Assembly (NCBI GenBank): GCA_951406725.2 | Contig: OX597833.1 | Span: forward strand, 33,604,001 to 33,668,000 | DNA: 64,000 nucleotides | Source of the DNA: Octopus vulgaris | Lineage: Eukaryota | Direction: 5' to 3' | Part shown: piece after piece, positions 1-14,327 of the stretch | How the letters are laid out: every line of letters starts with the position of its first letter | How positions within the stretch are numbered: the stretch's first letter is position 1 | Position numbers and translations under genes: made by a program | The notes under the pieces: model-generated | Told to the model about the DNA's origin: nothing | Database searches by the model: none | Seen by the model: only the letters and a program-made list of their open reading frames with translations

Positions 1-1210
1 CACCACCATCACACACCACTGCTGTTTGTTTGGCGCCAAAACCACCTCTGCCTATGATAGTTCTGATATCTGTATCACCAACTCTCTCACCATCACCACC
101 TCCACAACACCTTCGCTTTTGATAGTTCCACCACCTGTATCATCACTATTACTACTGCTGCTATATTTCATTACCTTATTATAACTGCACCATCATCACA
201 AGCTCTACATCAACAGTTTTACAACTGCACCTGCAGGGTTGGAATTATATACATCCATTGTACCCTTATAGAATGAAAAACTGTGTAAGACACGGGGAGA
301 GAGATGGGGAAAGAAAGAGAGAGTTAGAGACAGGAAGAGTAATAGTAGATTAAGCCAAGGGTAGAGAGAATAGCAAAAAGAGATAGAGATAGAGAGAGAG
401 AGAGAGAGAGTAAGGGAGAGAGACAGAGAGAGAGAGAAAGGGAGATGGATAGATGGATAATTAGGTAGACAGACAGACAGACAGAGGAAGAGAAAGACAG
501 ACAAACATACATAAGACAGACAGACAAAGATAGAGAGGATAATAAGGGGAGATGTGGAGAAAAATGGTGTAGGTAGTTTCAGAGAAAGAGAGAATAAGGG
601 TGGGGGAAATTGAGAAAGAGAGAGAGGGAGTGAGGATGGGAGAAAGTGAGAGGGTGAATGAGAATAATATGGAGAGATAGCTAGAAGAGTTTATAGTTAG
701 AGAGAGAGATGGAAAGAGAGAGGGAGAGGTAGCTTGAAGGAAACAGGAGAGAGTAGAGGTAACTTGAGGCAGATAGATAGGTAACCAACTATAGGTTGGG
801 AGTAGTGAAGTAAAAAAAGGGGGTCAGAGAGATGACTAATGTCATTCATTGACTCCAAACAGCCCCCGACCTCAACCCCATCTTGAACTGGCAGACATCT
901 CTTGAAGATTTTACTGTTGTTATGGTTACTGTGTTATATATATATAGGTGCTATTGATTTCTTCATGCACACACATGTACACAATGAGACATGCACTCGT
1001 GTATAGCTATACGTGTGTGTGTGTATATATATGTATGTATGTATGTGTATGTATATATATATGTATATACAAACACATATACACACACATGCAAACATTT
1101 ATATATGCATGTGTGTAAGTACATATCAATATTAATATACCTCTGTGTGTGCATATGAATGTATACAAAAATGCATGTGTGTATGTCTCTCCCTCTCTCT
1201 CTCTCTCTTT

Positions 1211-1249
<39 letters not shown>

Positions 1250-1487
1250 GCGTATGTATTTGTATGTATTTTGTAGTACAAATTGGATAAATAGAATTCA
1301 AAGTGAATGAACATATTTTTTATTAATTTGAATGGGGAGAGGTTGCAAAGGACTGATAGTTTTTCACAAGCATCACATACACAAAACTCTCAACCTATGA
1401 ATCACTTTGTCACTTCTGCCAATTAGAACCAATATATATACATATATATGTACATACATGCACATACATACATACACACATACACAC

Positions 1488-1572
<85 letters not shown>

Positions 1573-1668
1573 TACATACATACATACATACATACATACA
1601 TACATACATACATACATACATACATACATACATACATACATACATACATACATACATACATACATACA

Positions 1669-1727
<59 letters not shown>

Positions 1728-1915
1728 GCACCAAGTTCACCACATTGCTTTGGAGATACACCAAAAGATGCTGCAATTGTTGATTCAGAAAAGATTTTGG
1801 CTGATTATTTTTTGTCTTTTACTTGTTTCTGTCATTAGACTGCACCCGATGCTAGGGAAATAGCTTGAAGAATCTTTAATCAGATGAACTGACCCCAGTA
1901 CTTTTTTTTTTTTAA

Positions 1916-2136
1916 CCCTTTAGCATTTAAACCGGCCATATTCGGCCAAAAGTATTCTGCCTGTTTTATGTTCAAACTGGCCAGATCTGGTCTCTCACAC
2001 CAACCCTACAATATTGTTTTAAAAATTAACAGCTACCTCATCAAAATCTCATAGCTACAAGATAATGCATGATTAGTTCAAAACGATGTGGATGAAGAAG
2101 CATTAATTTTGGCAGAATAATGCGAACACTAAAGGG
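1916..2136. mobile_element. piggyBac-like MITE inserted in a SINE remnant
   Basis: TTAA at 1912-1915 and 2137-2140; termini CCCTTTAGCATT...AACACTAAAGGG form imperfect TIRs; SINE sequence resumes on both sides. Confidence 0.7.
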
Positions 2137-2300
2137 TTAAGCCTGATACTTATTCTATTGGTCTCTTTCACTGAGCCACAAAGCTACAGGAATGTAAACA
2201 CATCAACACCGGTTGTCAAGTGGTGGTGGAATACAAACATAGCCACAGAGACACACACACACATGTATTTCTTTTCCTCCTTTAGACCTTTCCCTTTCTC

Positions 2301-2336
2301 CTTTCCAACAAAGAGTTATGCTTGAAACATCAAAAG
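2301..2336 (+). ncRNA. degenerate minimal hammerhead motif (PLE-type)
   Basis: CTTT-CCAACAA-AGAGTTATGCTT-GAAAC-ATC-AAAAG; CpG-decayed relative of the motif at 20080-20114; core mutated. Confidence 0.4.
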
Positions 2337-2464
2337 CTCTCTCCTGTTATTGAGCATCAAACTAATACATTCCTTGTGCACATCTTCTTCTTGTCTGTTA
2401 TTGTTAATTTTATTATTCATTTATTTGAATTGATCGTTTTATATCTATATATATATATATATAT

Positions 2465-2743
2465 GTCGTTGCCAGTGCCACTGGACTGGCACCTGTGCAG
2501 GTGGCATGTAAAAAACACCATTTGGGCATGGCTGTTGCCAGTACCACCTGACTGGCCCTTGTGCTGGTGGCACATAAAAGAACCCACTACACTCTCAGAA
2601 TGGTTGGCGTTAGGAAGGGCATCCAGCTGTAGAAACTCTGCCAGATCAGATTGGAGTCTGGTGCTGCCATCTGGTTCACTAGACCTCAGTCAAATCGTCC
2701 AACCCATGCTAGCATGGAAAGCGGATGTTAAATGATGATGATG
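2465..2743 (+). mobile_element. RTE LINE 3' end / RTE-tailed element with (GAT)n tail
   Basis: shares CCCACTACACTCTC..GGTTGGCGTTAGGAAGGGCATCCAGCTGTAGAAAC..GATGATGATG with the RT-bearing copy at 61663-62712. Confidence 0.75.
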
Positions 2744-2776
2744 AGTGGATTTGGCAGAGGGAAATTGAAAGAAACC

Positions 2777-2815
<39 letters not shown>

Positions 2816-3707
2816 TGTGTGTGTGTATGTATATACATATACACACATATATGTATATATATATATATATATCTATATAAAACAGGTTTCTTTCAATTTC
2901 CCTCTGCCAAATCCACTCACAAGGCTTTGATTGGCCTGAGGCTGAACTCAGGACCATGTGATTGGTAAGAATGCTTCTTTGCACACAACCACAACTGATA
3001 AGGTGACAAAATAGCTTAATAGTTATAATGTGTGAGTGTGAATGCTTTACAAGAAGCTTCTATTGACACTTAAGTTTCAATTTAAATTCTTTAGGTTGTG
3101 AATGTGGGAGTCAAAGTTGCAATCTTCATGGCTTAGCAAGCATTCCTATGAGTATCACGGATCATTTAAATCTGCTTTTTTTGGAAATGTTTCCAGACAG
3201 CCAAACAATAAAGAAGTAATAGTAATGATGGCAGTTTCCTGGGTTCAAAAAAGATGGTTCTGCAATCTCTTGCTGAACAACCTGCACAAGGTGATTTGTT
3301 TATAGTGAACAAATGTTTGTGCCAAACATTTGTTCTCTCTCTTCATCAAATCGTCATTGCCTGTACAAACACATGGTGTGTCATACATCAGATGTCAACG
3401 GGATCACAAAACAACATAAGGTGAAGTCTTTAGCTCAAGGTCACAACACATCACCTCATTAGGGAATCAAAGCCATGATCATGCAATCTTGAGTGCAACA
3501 CCTTAACCACTAGGCCACACATATATTCACATATATACTATATGTACTTTAAAGAAGTACAGTTCTGATAATATGAAAATCATCTGCCTCTTGAATGGTA
3601 TTATGACCCTCACTTTTAAAGACAATATTGTCTTCTCTCATGATAGTAAAACTAGAAGACATAATGACATGTTATATGACCACACATGTGTTCATGTATG
3701 TGTGCTG

Positions 3708-3771
<64 letters not shown>

Positions 3772-4010
3772 TATAATATGGCTCAGTGGTTAGGTTTTGG
3801 AATTCATGAGCACAAGATTGTGGTTTCTATTCCTGGACCAGGTGACATATTGTGTTCTTGAGTAGAACACTTCATTTCACATTGTTCCAGTTTATTCAAC
3901 TGATAAGAATGGGTATCCTGCGATCGACCTACTCATGTCTATGGAGGAATATATACTCTAAATAACCTGGGAAACCAGCCTTGTGCTACTTATGGAGTAA
4001 TGTGGACTAA

Positions 4011-4046
<36 letters not shown>

Positions 4047-4436
4047 GTATGTGTATGTATGAGTGTGTATGTAGGTATCTATAATTTAATAGGAAATTAA
4101 CTCAGCTCCATGTAATTTAAAGATTTGTAAGCTCAAGGAATAAACCTGTCTCCTCAGACATCTGTATACATATGTATACAAACATATTTACATCTACATA
4201 CACACAAATACACACACACGTACATCAGATAACTAGCTAGATTGATATACATACATACATTACATACATTACATACATTACATATATACATACATACATA
4301 CATACATACATATGCACATGTATATATATATATATATAAAATGTACTGATCCGTGATAGAAAACTCAACAAAAAAAGTACTCCATTTGGTGAGGGATAAA
4401 TATTATTTATTTAAAGGTCACAATACATATATTAAA

Positions 4437-4489
4437 GTGCTACTAATACTTTCATATGTTGAGAAAACTTTAACATATTATTCAGGCAC
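4437..4489 (-). ncRNA. hammerhead motif, core mutated
   Basis: GTGC-CTGAATA-ATATGTT..AACATAT-GAAA-GTATTA-GTA-GCAC; helices I and II pair; G8 substituted. Confidence 0.6.
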
Positions 4490-4686
4490 AAACCACATAT
4501 AATAGTGAACTAAGGAAATTGAATAATAAAAGAAACATGGAAAACTGAGAAAGCAGCATATAGAAAACACAGACAGTAAACAATTGAAAATGAAAAACAG
4601 AAACTAAAATGTAAAAAAAAAAAAAATAGAAAGTAACAAGGTAAAAGAGCTATCCTCTTTAGACACTAGGCTGGAAAGATATCAAG

Positions 4687-5196
4687 TCAGTCAGGAATAG
4701 GCAGAATTTTCCAATTCTTCAAAATATATTTATACATATGCATGCAACCACTGAAAATTTCTGAACTGGAGTTCAGTAGAGAGTTAGGGAACTTAGATCT
4801 AAACAGGGTCTGTGCTCTTTCAGCCAAACAAAGCCTACATTTAATCAATCCATTCACATAAGGTATGGATTTCTCAATTACTTTCCATTTTATCACATGC
4901 AGTGTTTCGTTTTCTTTCAAAGTCCATACATAGCTAGCCAACTTAGTAGCTTTACTTTTGTCCCTATGTCGGAAGGAGGCTATTTGATTGGCATAGCAAT
5001 TTTTAAATTCACCTTCACATAAGCCAATATAGGTCTTCTTATCAGTTGTATTATTATTTAGGGTTGCAGTAACTTCTGCCTCATATATGATAGATTTATT
5101 CATATGTCGATGGTCAAGTAGACAGGATCCTGGATTGCAACAATCACTACTGGATTCAGGCTCTTGGTATTGACCATATGCAATGATACTCTTCAT
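4687..5196 (-). pseudogene. PLE GIY-YIG endonuclease domain fragment
   Basis: SIIYEAEV...TYIGLCEGEFK...LASYVWTLK...IKWKVI...KCRLCLAE...LLN..SEIFSGCMH; Cys-rich linker upstream; no RT in window. Confidence 0.8.
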
Positions 5197-7022
5197 ATTG
5201 GAGTATTCAGAAACATCTTTTATGTTCTGAGTTCAGATCACATTAAGTATGACTTTGTCTCTCAACATACCACTCAAATACTAGGAGTCATTCACTTTTC
5301 CAGCAACTCACAAATACAGGAAAATATTTAATAGGCATTCTGTAAAATTATCATATAGCTGCTGCCCCAATATGAAGAGTATCATTACACATGATCAATA
5401 CCAAGAGCCTGAATCCAGTTTCAACTGTTGCAACTTAGGATCCTGTCCACTTGACCAAAGATGTATGAATAAATCTATCATAGATGAGGCAGAAGGTACT
5501 GAAGCCCTAAGTAATGATACAACTGATAAGAAGACCTGAGTGGACTGGAGCAATATGAAATAAAGTGTCTTGCTCAAGGACACAATGCATATCTGTGTGG
5601 GGTCAGATATGCTCACATGCTACCTGATATTGAACTTGCATTATGAGCTGAGTGCCCTAACCACTAAGCCACATGCATTTACAATTAATATACAAATAAT
5701 TATAATTATTTCTAACATTAGCAGAAAACCAGAAATTTTGCAGGAGGGAAATCACTGATTGCATTGACCCCAGTACAGGACGGTAACTTTATATTATTGA
5801 CCCTAAAATAGGTGAAAGCTAAAACCAATCTTGACAGGATTTGAACTCATTGCAAAATGTTGTAACTAAATACTGCAAAGTATTTTGCTCTGCAATCTAA
5901 AATTTCTGCCAATCCACTACTGTCATGGTGGTGGTGCTGGTGGTGGTGAGGAGGAGGAGGAGGAGGGGGAGGAAAGGGAAGGAGGGGAGGAAGAGGAAGA
6001 AATTGAGCAAACTGAACCCCAAAACAAAGAATGTAACCATAAAAAGGAAACAACAACAATATCAACAACAATGATATAAAGACTAACTAAGCTAAAAGAT
6101 ATCATGTGGTTGCAGTAAGAAATAATTGGCAATCTTCCAGAATGTTCCATAACAGGTAGCAGGCAGTGCTGCTTGACTGTCATCCATACATAGTTACTCA
6201 CACACATGCACTCATGCACATACAGACAGACAGACGTGTACAGATGTATAACTACACTTTGAGATAAACCAATACAGATACAGACATACTTTTGCACACT
6301 CATGCAAAGTGAACCACACATATACACATATTTGGGTATATACATATATACACTTAGTCTCACACACACACAGATTCATATACATATATATTAACATACA
6401 CACACACACACACACACATATTTATATACAAACAGAGATAGAGAGAGAGAGACTTATGAGTATTGATTCAAGGAGTTATGTACACAACTATGCATAAGAT
6501 ACAAATCCACACATTTACAAACTGACATACAGCTGGGTACTGTAAACTAAATACAAACAGAACAAATATAAACAAGCAGACATACACACACACATACTGA
6601 AATACTCATGCATGCAACGTACATACAAACACACACACACACACAGAAATAAACACACTTTGTAGACACATTAACTACAAAAATATTGTAAATGGAAACA
6701 AATATATACATAAATGTATACGCAAATATACATAGACACATGCACTAAAAATATACCCATGCACTTGGAGTTGCTCTCCCACCCATGTTTTGCAGGAGAA
6801 ATTTAGTATAAAACTTTTAACACAAAATTTCTCAGCATTGTGCATAAGTTACATCTCTGATTTTTGTGAAGTTATGAAGTTATAAGGTGCAAATTATATA
6901 TGAACAAATATGGTGTGTATGTGTGTGTGTGTGTGTATTTATATATGTGTGAGTATGTGTGTATATATATATGACTATTCTATATATATATATATGACTA
7001 TTCTATAGAATTTTGAACTCAC

Positions 7023-7107
<85 letters not shown>

Positions 7108-7866
7108 TATGTGCATGTTTGTATGTCTATCTGTCTCTATATATGTGTGTGTGTGTATGTATATGTATGTGTAAATATGTGTGTGTATATATGTATGTGT
7201 GTGTGTATGTATATGTACATATGTATATTATCTCTATATATATCATATATAAATATATTTATAAATCCTAAATATATATATACTATCTCTACATATAAAT
7301 TGTCTCTCTCCTGCTTCTCCATGTCATTTCTCTTCGTGATTCTCCTGTCTACTGAATCACCATTACTATCCTGCTGATCTGCATTGTCAGTTCTCACTTC
7401 TTACTCACAACTCTCTTTCCCCATACTCTCATGCAACTAAAACCCACCCACCCACACTCTTAGTCCCCTCTTTCCCACTCTTTTCCATCCACCTCATACC
7501 TTGAATGTCTACCCTGACACCTCATCATCACTATTTTTATAATTTCCAGCTCCACCTTAATCAGCCCACCTCTAAAATGTGAGCAGTCATGTAGCTCATA
7601 TACTGTAAGAAACCTGTTCTGCTCTGATCTCTTCTCTTCTACATCAACCCATTATCTCCTAACATAAACTTTTCTTCTTAAAGCTCTTAGTCATGCAAGC
7701 TGGCATGGAAAAGAATCACCCAGTCCATGTTGCAAAGTGGTTGGCATTAGGAAGGGCATTCAATCATTGAAGCCATACTAAAGCAGACACTGGAGCACAA
7801 TGCAATCCTTGAACCCATCAGACCCTGTAAAATCATGCAACCCAAGCCTGCATGGGATATGAACAT

Positions 7867-8078
7867 TAAACGGTGCCCATCATATTCTATTATCTGTTGC
7901 CATCATTGCACAAGAAGCTCAATTTCATGCTTATGCCATTTGGCTGATTTGGAAACAAAATATCCCTTGCACCCATTTTCAATCTCATCCACAATGTTGA
8001 ACCCCCATCTGTGCAGGAAATAAGCTATGGATTGGCAAAGGTGGTAATCTGATGGTGCAAGGTCTGACCAACTTTCAA
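7867..8078 (-). mobile_element. mariner transposase C-terminal remnant
   Basis: SDLAPSDYHL motif (YSPDLAPxD) and downstream helix in ORF 7903-8163. Confidence 0.75.
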
Positions 8079-8083
8079 TATAC

Positions 8084-8127
<44 letters not shown>

Positions 8128-8249
8128 CAATTTAGGAGTGACCTTAACAGGCCATTCGTCCACCAGAAAGAGCAGCCATAACTCACACCGCCAAGTAGTA
8201 GTAATTCAGAAATTAGGTGAAAATTTAAAAACATTTACCCTAATTCATC

Positions 8250-8347
8250 TTTTAGACGATGCATCGTTTCTGTGTCATTAATGATTAAATTAGCTTAATT
8301 AAATTAAATTAAGCTAATCTACCATAGGTTACACTTCATCAGTAAAA
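8250..8347 (-). ncRNA. type I hammerhead ribozyme, intact core
   Basis: TTTTA-CTGATGA-AGTGT..ACACA-GAAA-CGATGCATC-GTC-TAAAA; palindromic helix III ACGATGCATCGT; GUC site. Confidence 0.85.
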
Positions 8348-8723
8348 AACCTGGGAGAGACAAATATACACGAGGCGTCTGTATCGATGCCTCCGGAATA
8401 TCTGTCTTAAAATTTTCAAGACTGACGTATTCGCGCCAAACTTATCAGCAGTAAATATAAACTGCCGATTCAATCTCAGAATTATTCAGAAAATTATCAA
8501 TTAGTCAATTTAGGGTAGCAAAAAAATTCAATAGAAATTTATCGCTACCAGCGGCCTAGTGGAAAAGAGAAAATAGTCAACGACTAAATATATAAATATA
8601 ACAATTTAGGAGTGACCTTAACAGGCCATTCGTCCACCAGAAAGAGCAGCCATAACTCACACTGCCAAGTAGTAGTAATTCAGAAATTAGGTGAAAATTT
8701 AAAAACATTTACCCTAATTCATC

Positions 8724-8821
8724 TTTTAGACGATGCATCGTTTCTGTGTCATTAATGATTAAATTAGCTTAATTAAATTAAATTAAGCTAATCTACCATA
8801 GGTTACACTTCATCAGTAAAA
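8724..8821 (-). ncRNA. type I hammerhead ribozyme, intact core (second copy)
   Basis: same sequence as 8250-8347 in the second direct repeat. Confidence 0.85.
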
Positions 8822-9488
8822 AACCTGTATATATATATACAGATAGTTGCATTTTGTTTGTCTTTACATTCTGAGTTCAAATACTGCCGAGGTCGACTTA
8901 GCCTTTTGTCCTTTCAGGGTTGATAAAATAAGTACCAGTTAAATACTGGGATTGATATAATAAACTTACCCACTCCTCTGAAACTGCTGGCCTTCTGCCA
9001 AAATTAGAAACCAATATATATAAATACACATACACACACATATATAGATATAAATTTATGAAAATAATTATCCTGTCCAATTAAGGAAAAAATAAAGAAA
9101 AAAATCTTTAAACATACATCCAAGCTGTTTCCATTTTTACTTTTTACCTATGTGTATGTGTATGTGTGTGTATTATATACATGCATACATAATATATATT
9201 ATGTATTAGATAGCTGGATGGATAGACAGACAACATTTAGTACAGTTGTTACAAGTCAATGACTCAGCAGTCAGGATTTTCTCTTGTTTTTCTTTTTTAA
9301 TTAATTAATGGAAAACCTGCACTTCTTATCTATCTCTCATCTTTATTAGTATACTATTGTGGTACTTGTTTCCCCTAAATGTTGTTGTAGTGATGGTAGC
9401 TGTGATCATCGGTTATGGTTATTGTTGTAGTGGAGATGGCTGTATCTGCAGTGGTGGCAATGGTGGTAATTGGTTGTAGTTGTTGTTG

Positions 9489-9581
<93 letters not shown>

Positions 9582-9584
<3 letters not shown>

Positions 9585-9752
9585 TCATCATCATCGTTTA
9601 ACATCTGCTTTTCTTGCTAGCATGGGTTGGACGATTTGACTGAGGTCTGGTGAACCAGATGGCTGCACCAGACTCCAATCTGATCTGGCAGAGTTTCTAC
9701 AGCTGGATGCCCTTCCTAACGCCAACCACTCTGAGAGTGTAGTGGGTGCTTT
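9582..9752 (-). mobile_element. RTE-type 3' end with (GAT)n tail
   Basis: reverse complement of the shared RTE tail; abuts (TA)n. Confidence 0.75.
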
Positions 9753-9771
9753 TATACATACATACATGCAG

Positions 9772-9827
<56 letters not shown>

Positions 9828-10184
9828 GCATATATATATGCATTCATGTATGTATACGTACATGCAGGCATTCATACATACACACATTCATACACATACA
9901 TACTTATACACACAAGCACAATTGCATATATGCATGCAAATATAGCCAAACATAAATCAATAGGTAGATAGTGAAATACAAAAACCAATGACTAGATCAA
10001 TAGCCATGCTGAGTGATATATGAATATAAAACCAGTAATACTGTAAAGAGAATGGAAAAGAGATATGAACAGATTAATAGATGGGCAGACATAGATATGT
10101 TTGATAAACAGATTGCCACATAAATAGAATTAGCTGTATATGAATGACAAGTTTGGCAGATATTTGTGTGTGTGTATGTGTGTG

Positions 10185-10248
<64 letters not shown>

Positions 10249-10249
<1 letters not shown>

Positions 10250-11076
10250 TAAGGGGGTATCAAAAAAGGACTAGTCATGTTTTTATAAAAAAATAACTTA
10301 TTAACCTAAGTTTTAACAATATTTCCTTCGAAATAGTCACCTTGTGTGGCAATACACTGGCCCCCAGTGTTCCTACCACTTTTGGAATCCAGCCTGGAAG
10401 TTGACTTCCATAAACAAGTCTTCTGCAATTCACTCTTACTCTTGACAGTAGTGTTAAAATGATGACCTTGGAAAGAGATGGAAGTCCACAAGTGCTAAAT
10501 CTGGTGAATAGGACAAGTGCAGAAGCAATACCATGTTGATTTTGGCAAAAAGCTTATGAGTGAGAAGAGCTTGGTGACAGGGTGTATTGTCATCATGAAG
10601 AATCCAATTCTTCATCAGCCACAGATCCAGTTGCTTTCACCAAATGTCCTCCCTCAAACACTTCAAAACATCATCGATTGTCCTCTAACGATCCTCATGC
10701 ACAAACTGATGAACTTTCTACACATTTCCTGGTGTGATATTCGTGGTAGGTCTTCCAGATTGTTTATCATCTTAAGAGATGTTCTTCCACTTTTGAAGCA
10801 CCTATGCCATTCGAAACATTGTGTACAACCCATTGCTTCATCATCATAAGCTTGCTGAAGCATTCCCAATGACTTTGTAGCAGGCTTCCCAAGTATAACA
10901 CAAAATTTTACATTGGCTCTCTGTTCCTGTCCGTGACAAAAATCACAAACTACACATACATGTAATGACAAAAACACAGCGATGTCACTTGACATACTAC
11001 TTCATGAATATCACTGCTAGTTCTCACTGCGTATGCAACTGAGTGCTGCCATATGAGAACTCTTTGATACCACGTG
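10249..11076 (-). mobile_element. internally deleted mariner element
   Basis: TIR-like ends GGGGTATCAAAAA / TTTGATACCACG; remnants EQRANVKFC..LGK..CFEWHRCFKSGR and C-terminal CIATQGDYFEG. Confidence 0.8.
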
Positions 11077-11099
11077 TATATGTGTGTGTGTGTGTGTAT

Positions 11100-12260
11100 A
11101 ACAGCTGAAACTACACTCATATGAATCTAGTGAGGAATCCAATAGCACCTCTTGTTTAATCTATAGCAAAACTGATAATATCCATAGAGTGATACATAAT
11201 ACATAATATTTTTTGCCAGTAGCAAGCAGAAGGTAATATTAATAAGCATTATTGTAGCTGTAAGAGTAAATTAGTAGGTCCACTTCAAGGACAATACCTC
11301 AGGAAAATCCTAGTTTATAGATGTACAGTAACAGCTGACAGTATTTTAGTTATTACATAAGATCATGTTCTACTAACTTTAAACAAAAATTATGTAACGA
11401 TCTTTCTTCATTCAAAAATAGGTAAAAATATGAGTTGCATAAGTTTTAGTAGGTTCATCTGGACTTTAAAGGATAGGGATACTGAATATGCTATTAAATG
11501 GGTAATTATTAGTAGCACTTCACCATATACTATTGGGAATTCAAGAGGTGGTCTGTGCTTGGAAGAAATATTTCATATTTTTGCCTCTATTATTAAATTA
11601 TGGAAAAGAACTAACAGTAAATTGCACACATTCACTGAGAAAAATATTTAAGTATTTTCTAAATAAAGATTTTTAATTAGAAACCACATAGAAGGGCACA
11701 AAATTTATCCTAGTCTAATAATCGCAAATTTATTTTGGTTAGATTTTAACAAATTCACACTAAATGTCACAATTATATTTTCTATTTTTTACTTTTTTGT
11801 GAATTGAGACAAAATATGATTAGAATTTCAACTTACTTTATTCATCTCAATTAATACTAGACTTCTAATATTAAAAAAAGTGTAAAACTTTATTGATTAC
11901 CCAAACCAAAACAATATTTCTTCTTTCTTTCAATACCTTTTAAATTTGTCCATTTATCTTATATGGTAACGTACTATCCTCATTATGAGTGGTCAGTGAT
12001 GTGAATACATCCTGACCTAATTAAGTTTTTTTTTGTTATCTACTGTCAAGTGTATAAAGTAATCAGCCAGAGTGGGGAAAGTTCTCAGATGGAACTATAA
12101 TGGTCTAGTCTTTATGACCGAGACAGGCTCCCTAGTTTGCCTTGGTTGTGAAGACTAAGGGATCAGCTATGGTCAGACCTGCAGAGAGATGGATGCTGTC
12201 AGGTTTACATGCCATCATAACACTATATGATGAACAAGCCAGAAAATAAATAGCAATATG
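11100..12260 (+). mobile_element. old Penelope-like (Naiad-like) remnant
   Basis: FSRFIWTLKDRDTEYAIKWVII...GLCLEE in ORF 11430-11651 aligns by eye to the GIY-YIG C-terminal half at 4687-5196; edges approximate. Confidence 0.55.
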
Positions 12261-12999
12261 GATAGATAGACAGAGAGAGACAGAGACAGACAGACAGACA
12301 GACAGGCAGGCAGGCAAACAGACAGACAGACAGACAGATAGACAGATGCAGAGATACAAATTAAAGGATAAATTGATAGATACAAAGAGAGTAAAATAAA
12401 AATTGAAGGTGAAACTATGAAGTCAGTGTCTTCTTTTACAGTTAATTTTGTAGTTTTATTATATATTTTGAATTTCAAATTATGAGTGCAGTCCCACTGC
12501 TTGGCACCATTGGCTAGTGTCTTCTACTATGGCCCCGGTCTAACTGAAACCTTGTGAGAGGAGTTGGTAGGCAGAAATTGAAAGAAGCCTGCAGTATATG
12601 CATATGAGTGTGTGCATGTGTGTATGTGTTTGTATATGTGTAAGTGTGTGTATGTTTGTGTCTCATTTTCTGGCATTGTGTGAAAATTGTAAATGAATCT
12701 TCCTGTCATACAAAGCAATGTCATTCATTTCCAATATTCTTCATACTTAGCTAAGGAGAAATGTTGCCTTGGTTAGGAACAAGTGTGGGTTGACAACAGG
12801 AAGAGCACCCAGATAGAAAATTTGTCTCTATAAACACCATCCGACCCAGGCAAGCATGGGAAAGTAGACTTTAAAATGACGATGGTATGTGTATGTATTA
12901 CTCTGTGCATGTGTGTATGTACATACACACACACACACAGAATGCAGACAAGTATTTGTGTACATGCATGTGTGTGTGTGCATATGTATATATATATAT

Positions 13000-14165
13000 A
13001 CCAGCTTAAGGTGACCCGCTCTACGTGCGGGTAAGAGTGTGGTTGTTATTTTCTGTTGCATCCTTTCAGCACGTAAAAAGCACCATCCGAACGTGGCCGA
13101 TGGCAGCGCCGCCTTGACTGGCTTCTGTGCTGGTGGCATGTAAAAAGCACCAACCAATTGTGGCTGCTGCCAGTGCCCCTCCCCCCGTGGCACCTGTGCC
13201 GGTGGCACGAAAAAAGCACCCACTACAGTCACGGAGTGGTTGGCGTTAGGAAGGGCATCCAGCTGTAGAAACACTGCCAGATCAGACTGGAGCCTGGTGC
13301 AGCCTCCTAGCTTCCCAGACCCCGGTCGAACCGTCCAACCCGTGCTAGCACGGAAAACGGACGTTAAACGATGATGATGATGATGATGATTCTCCCTCTT
13401 TGTTTCTCTCTCTTTTCTCTCTCCCTTTCTCTCGGACTTACTCTTCCTTTCTCTCGGACTCTCCTTCGCTTTCTTTTACTGTTTGTCTTTCTCTATCTAT
13501 CTCTCTCCCATTTATAAACAACAAAAGATCTTGAGTAAGTTGAGAAAGAAAGTAGTTTGAAAGATCAATCATAAATATCAGGCAGTGACAACGGAAAGGT
13601 CTGCTTCAAGGCAGAAAGCAAAACACTAACATTTAAAAGGGACAGACGAACTTGTGAGCTGAATAAAAATAAAAAAATATTGGAAACCAAAGTTTGAAAG
13701 GATAGAATCTGAGGATAGTAGAGTCACCATGGCACGCATTTCTTAACGACGGACAGTAATATAGTGGCAGTTTAACGGCTGGCGTAAAATTTTGAACTTG
13801 ATGTAAAAGAAAATTCCTAAACACTAAGCTTTGAAGTGATTCTTTCTCACGACAGTAGACTCACCATGGCAAAAAGTCAAAACTTCTTCATCATGGACGG
13901 CAACACATTGACGATTTAAAGGCTGGCACAAATTTTTTAGCTTCATGTAACAGAGAATTCCTAAACACCCGCTCCTGTAAATTTTAATCCCCTTCAAGCC
14001 CCATTTAGACCTCTTTTCACATTTTGCTTAATATAACCCGATTTCATTCGGGTCTACTTGGGTCACATTTTATAAGCTGAGGAATTTTGTCCTAGAGGTC
14101 ACGCCTTTCATTTGAGGAAAAAAATAGTTGCCATGCAAACTCGCCAGCACTTTTAACATAGGTGT
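13000..14165 (+). mobile_element. putative Helentron/DINE-1-like non-autonomous element interrupted by an RTE tail (~13068-13390)
   Basis: 5' hairpin ACCCGC-TCTACGT-GCGGGT directly after (TA)n; internal ~137-bp duplication (13714-13824 vs 13851-13968). Confidence 0.4.
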
Positions 14166-14276
14166 GCATATTTTCAGCACAACCGACCACATAATGCACA
14201 CATTATATATATATATATATGCATTATATATATATATATGTATGTGTGTGTACGCATTATATATACAAATGTATGC

Positions 14277-14327
<51 letters not shown>

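Larger units (their letters stand above)
4339..5540 (-). mobile_element. 5'-truncated Penelope-like retroelement (Naiad-like GIY-YIG) with inverted 5' segment
   Basis: - strand GIY-YIG ORF 4687-5196, hammerhead motif downstream, + strand inverted copy ~5283-5537 encoding KIFNRHSVKLSYSCCPNMKSII..CCNLGSCPLDQRCMNKSII; starts next to (TA)n. Confidence 0.8.
8123..8827 (-). mobile_element. non-autonomous retrozyme/PLE-like element with ~231-bp direct terminal repeats
   Basis: 8123-8353 and 8597-8827 near-identical (period 474 bp); each carries a hammerhead; (TA)n on both flanks; no coding ORF. Confidence 0.8.
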
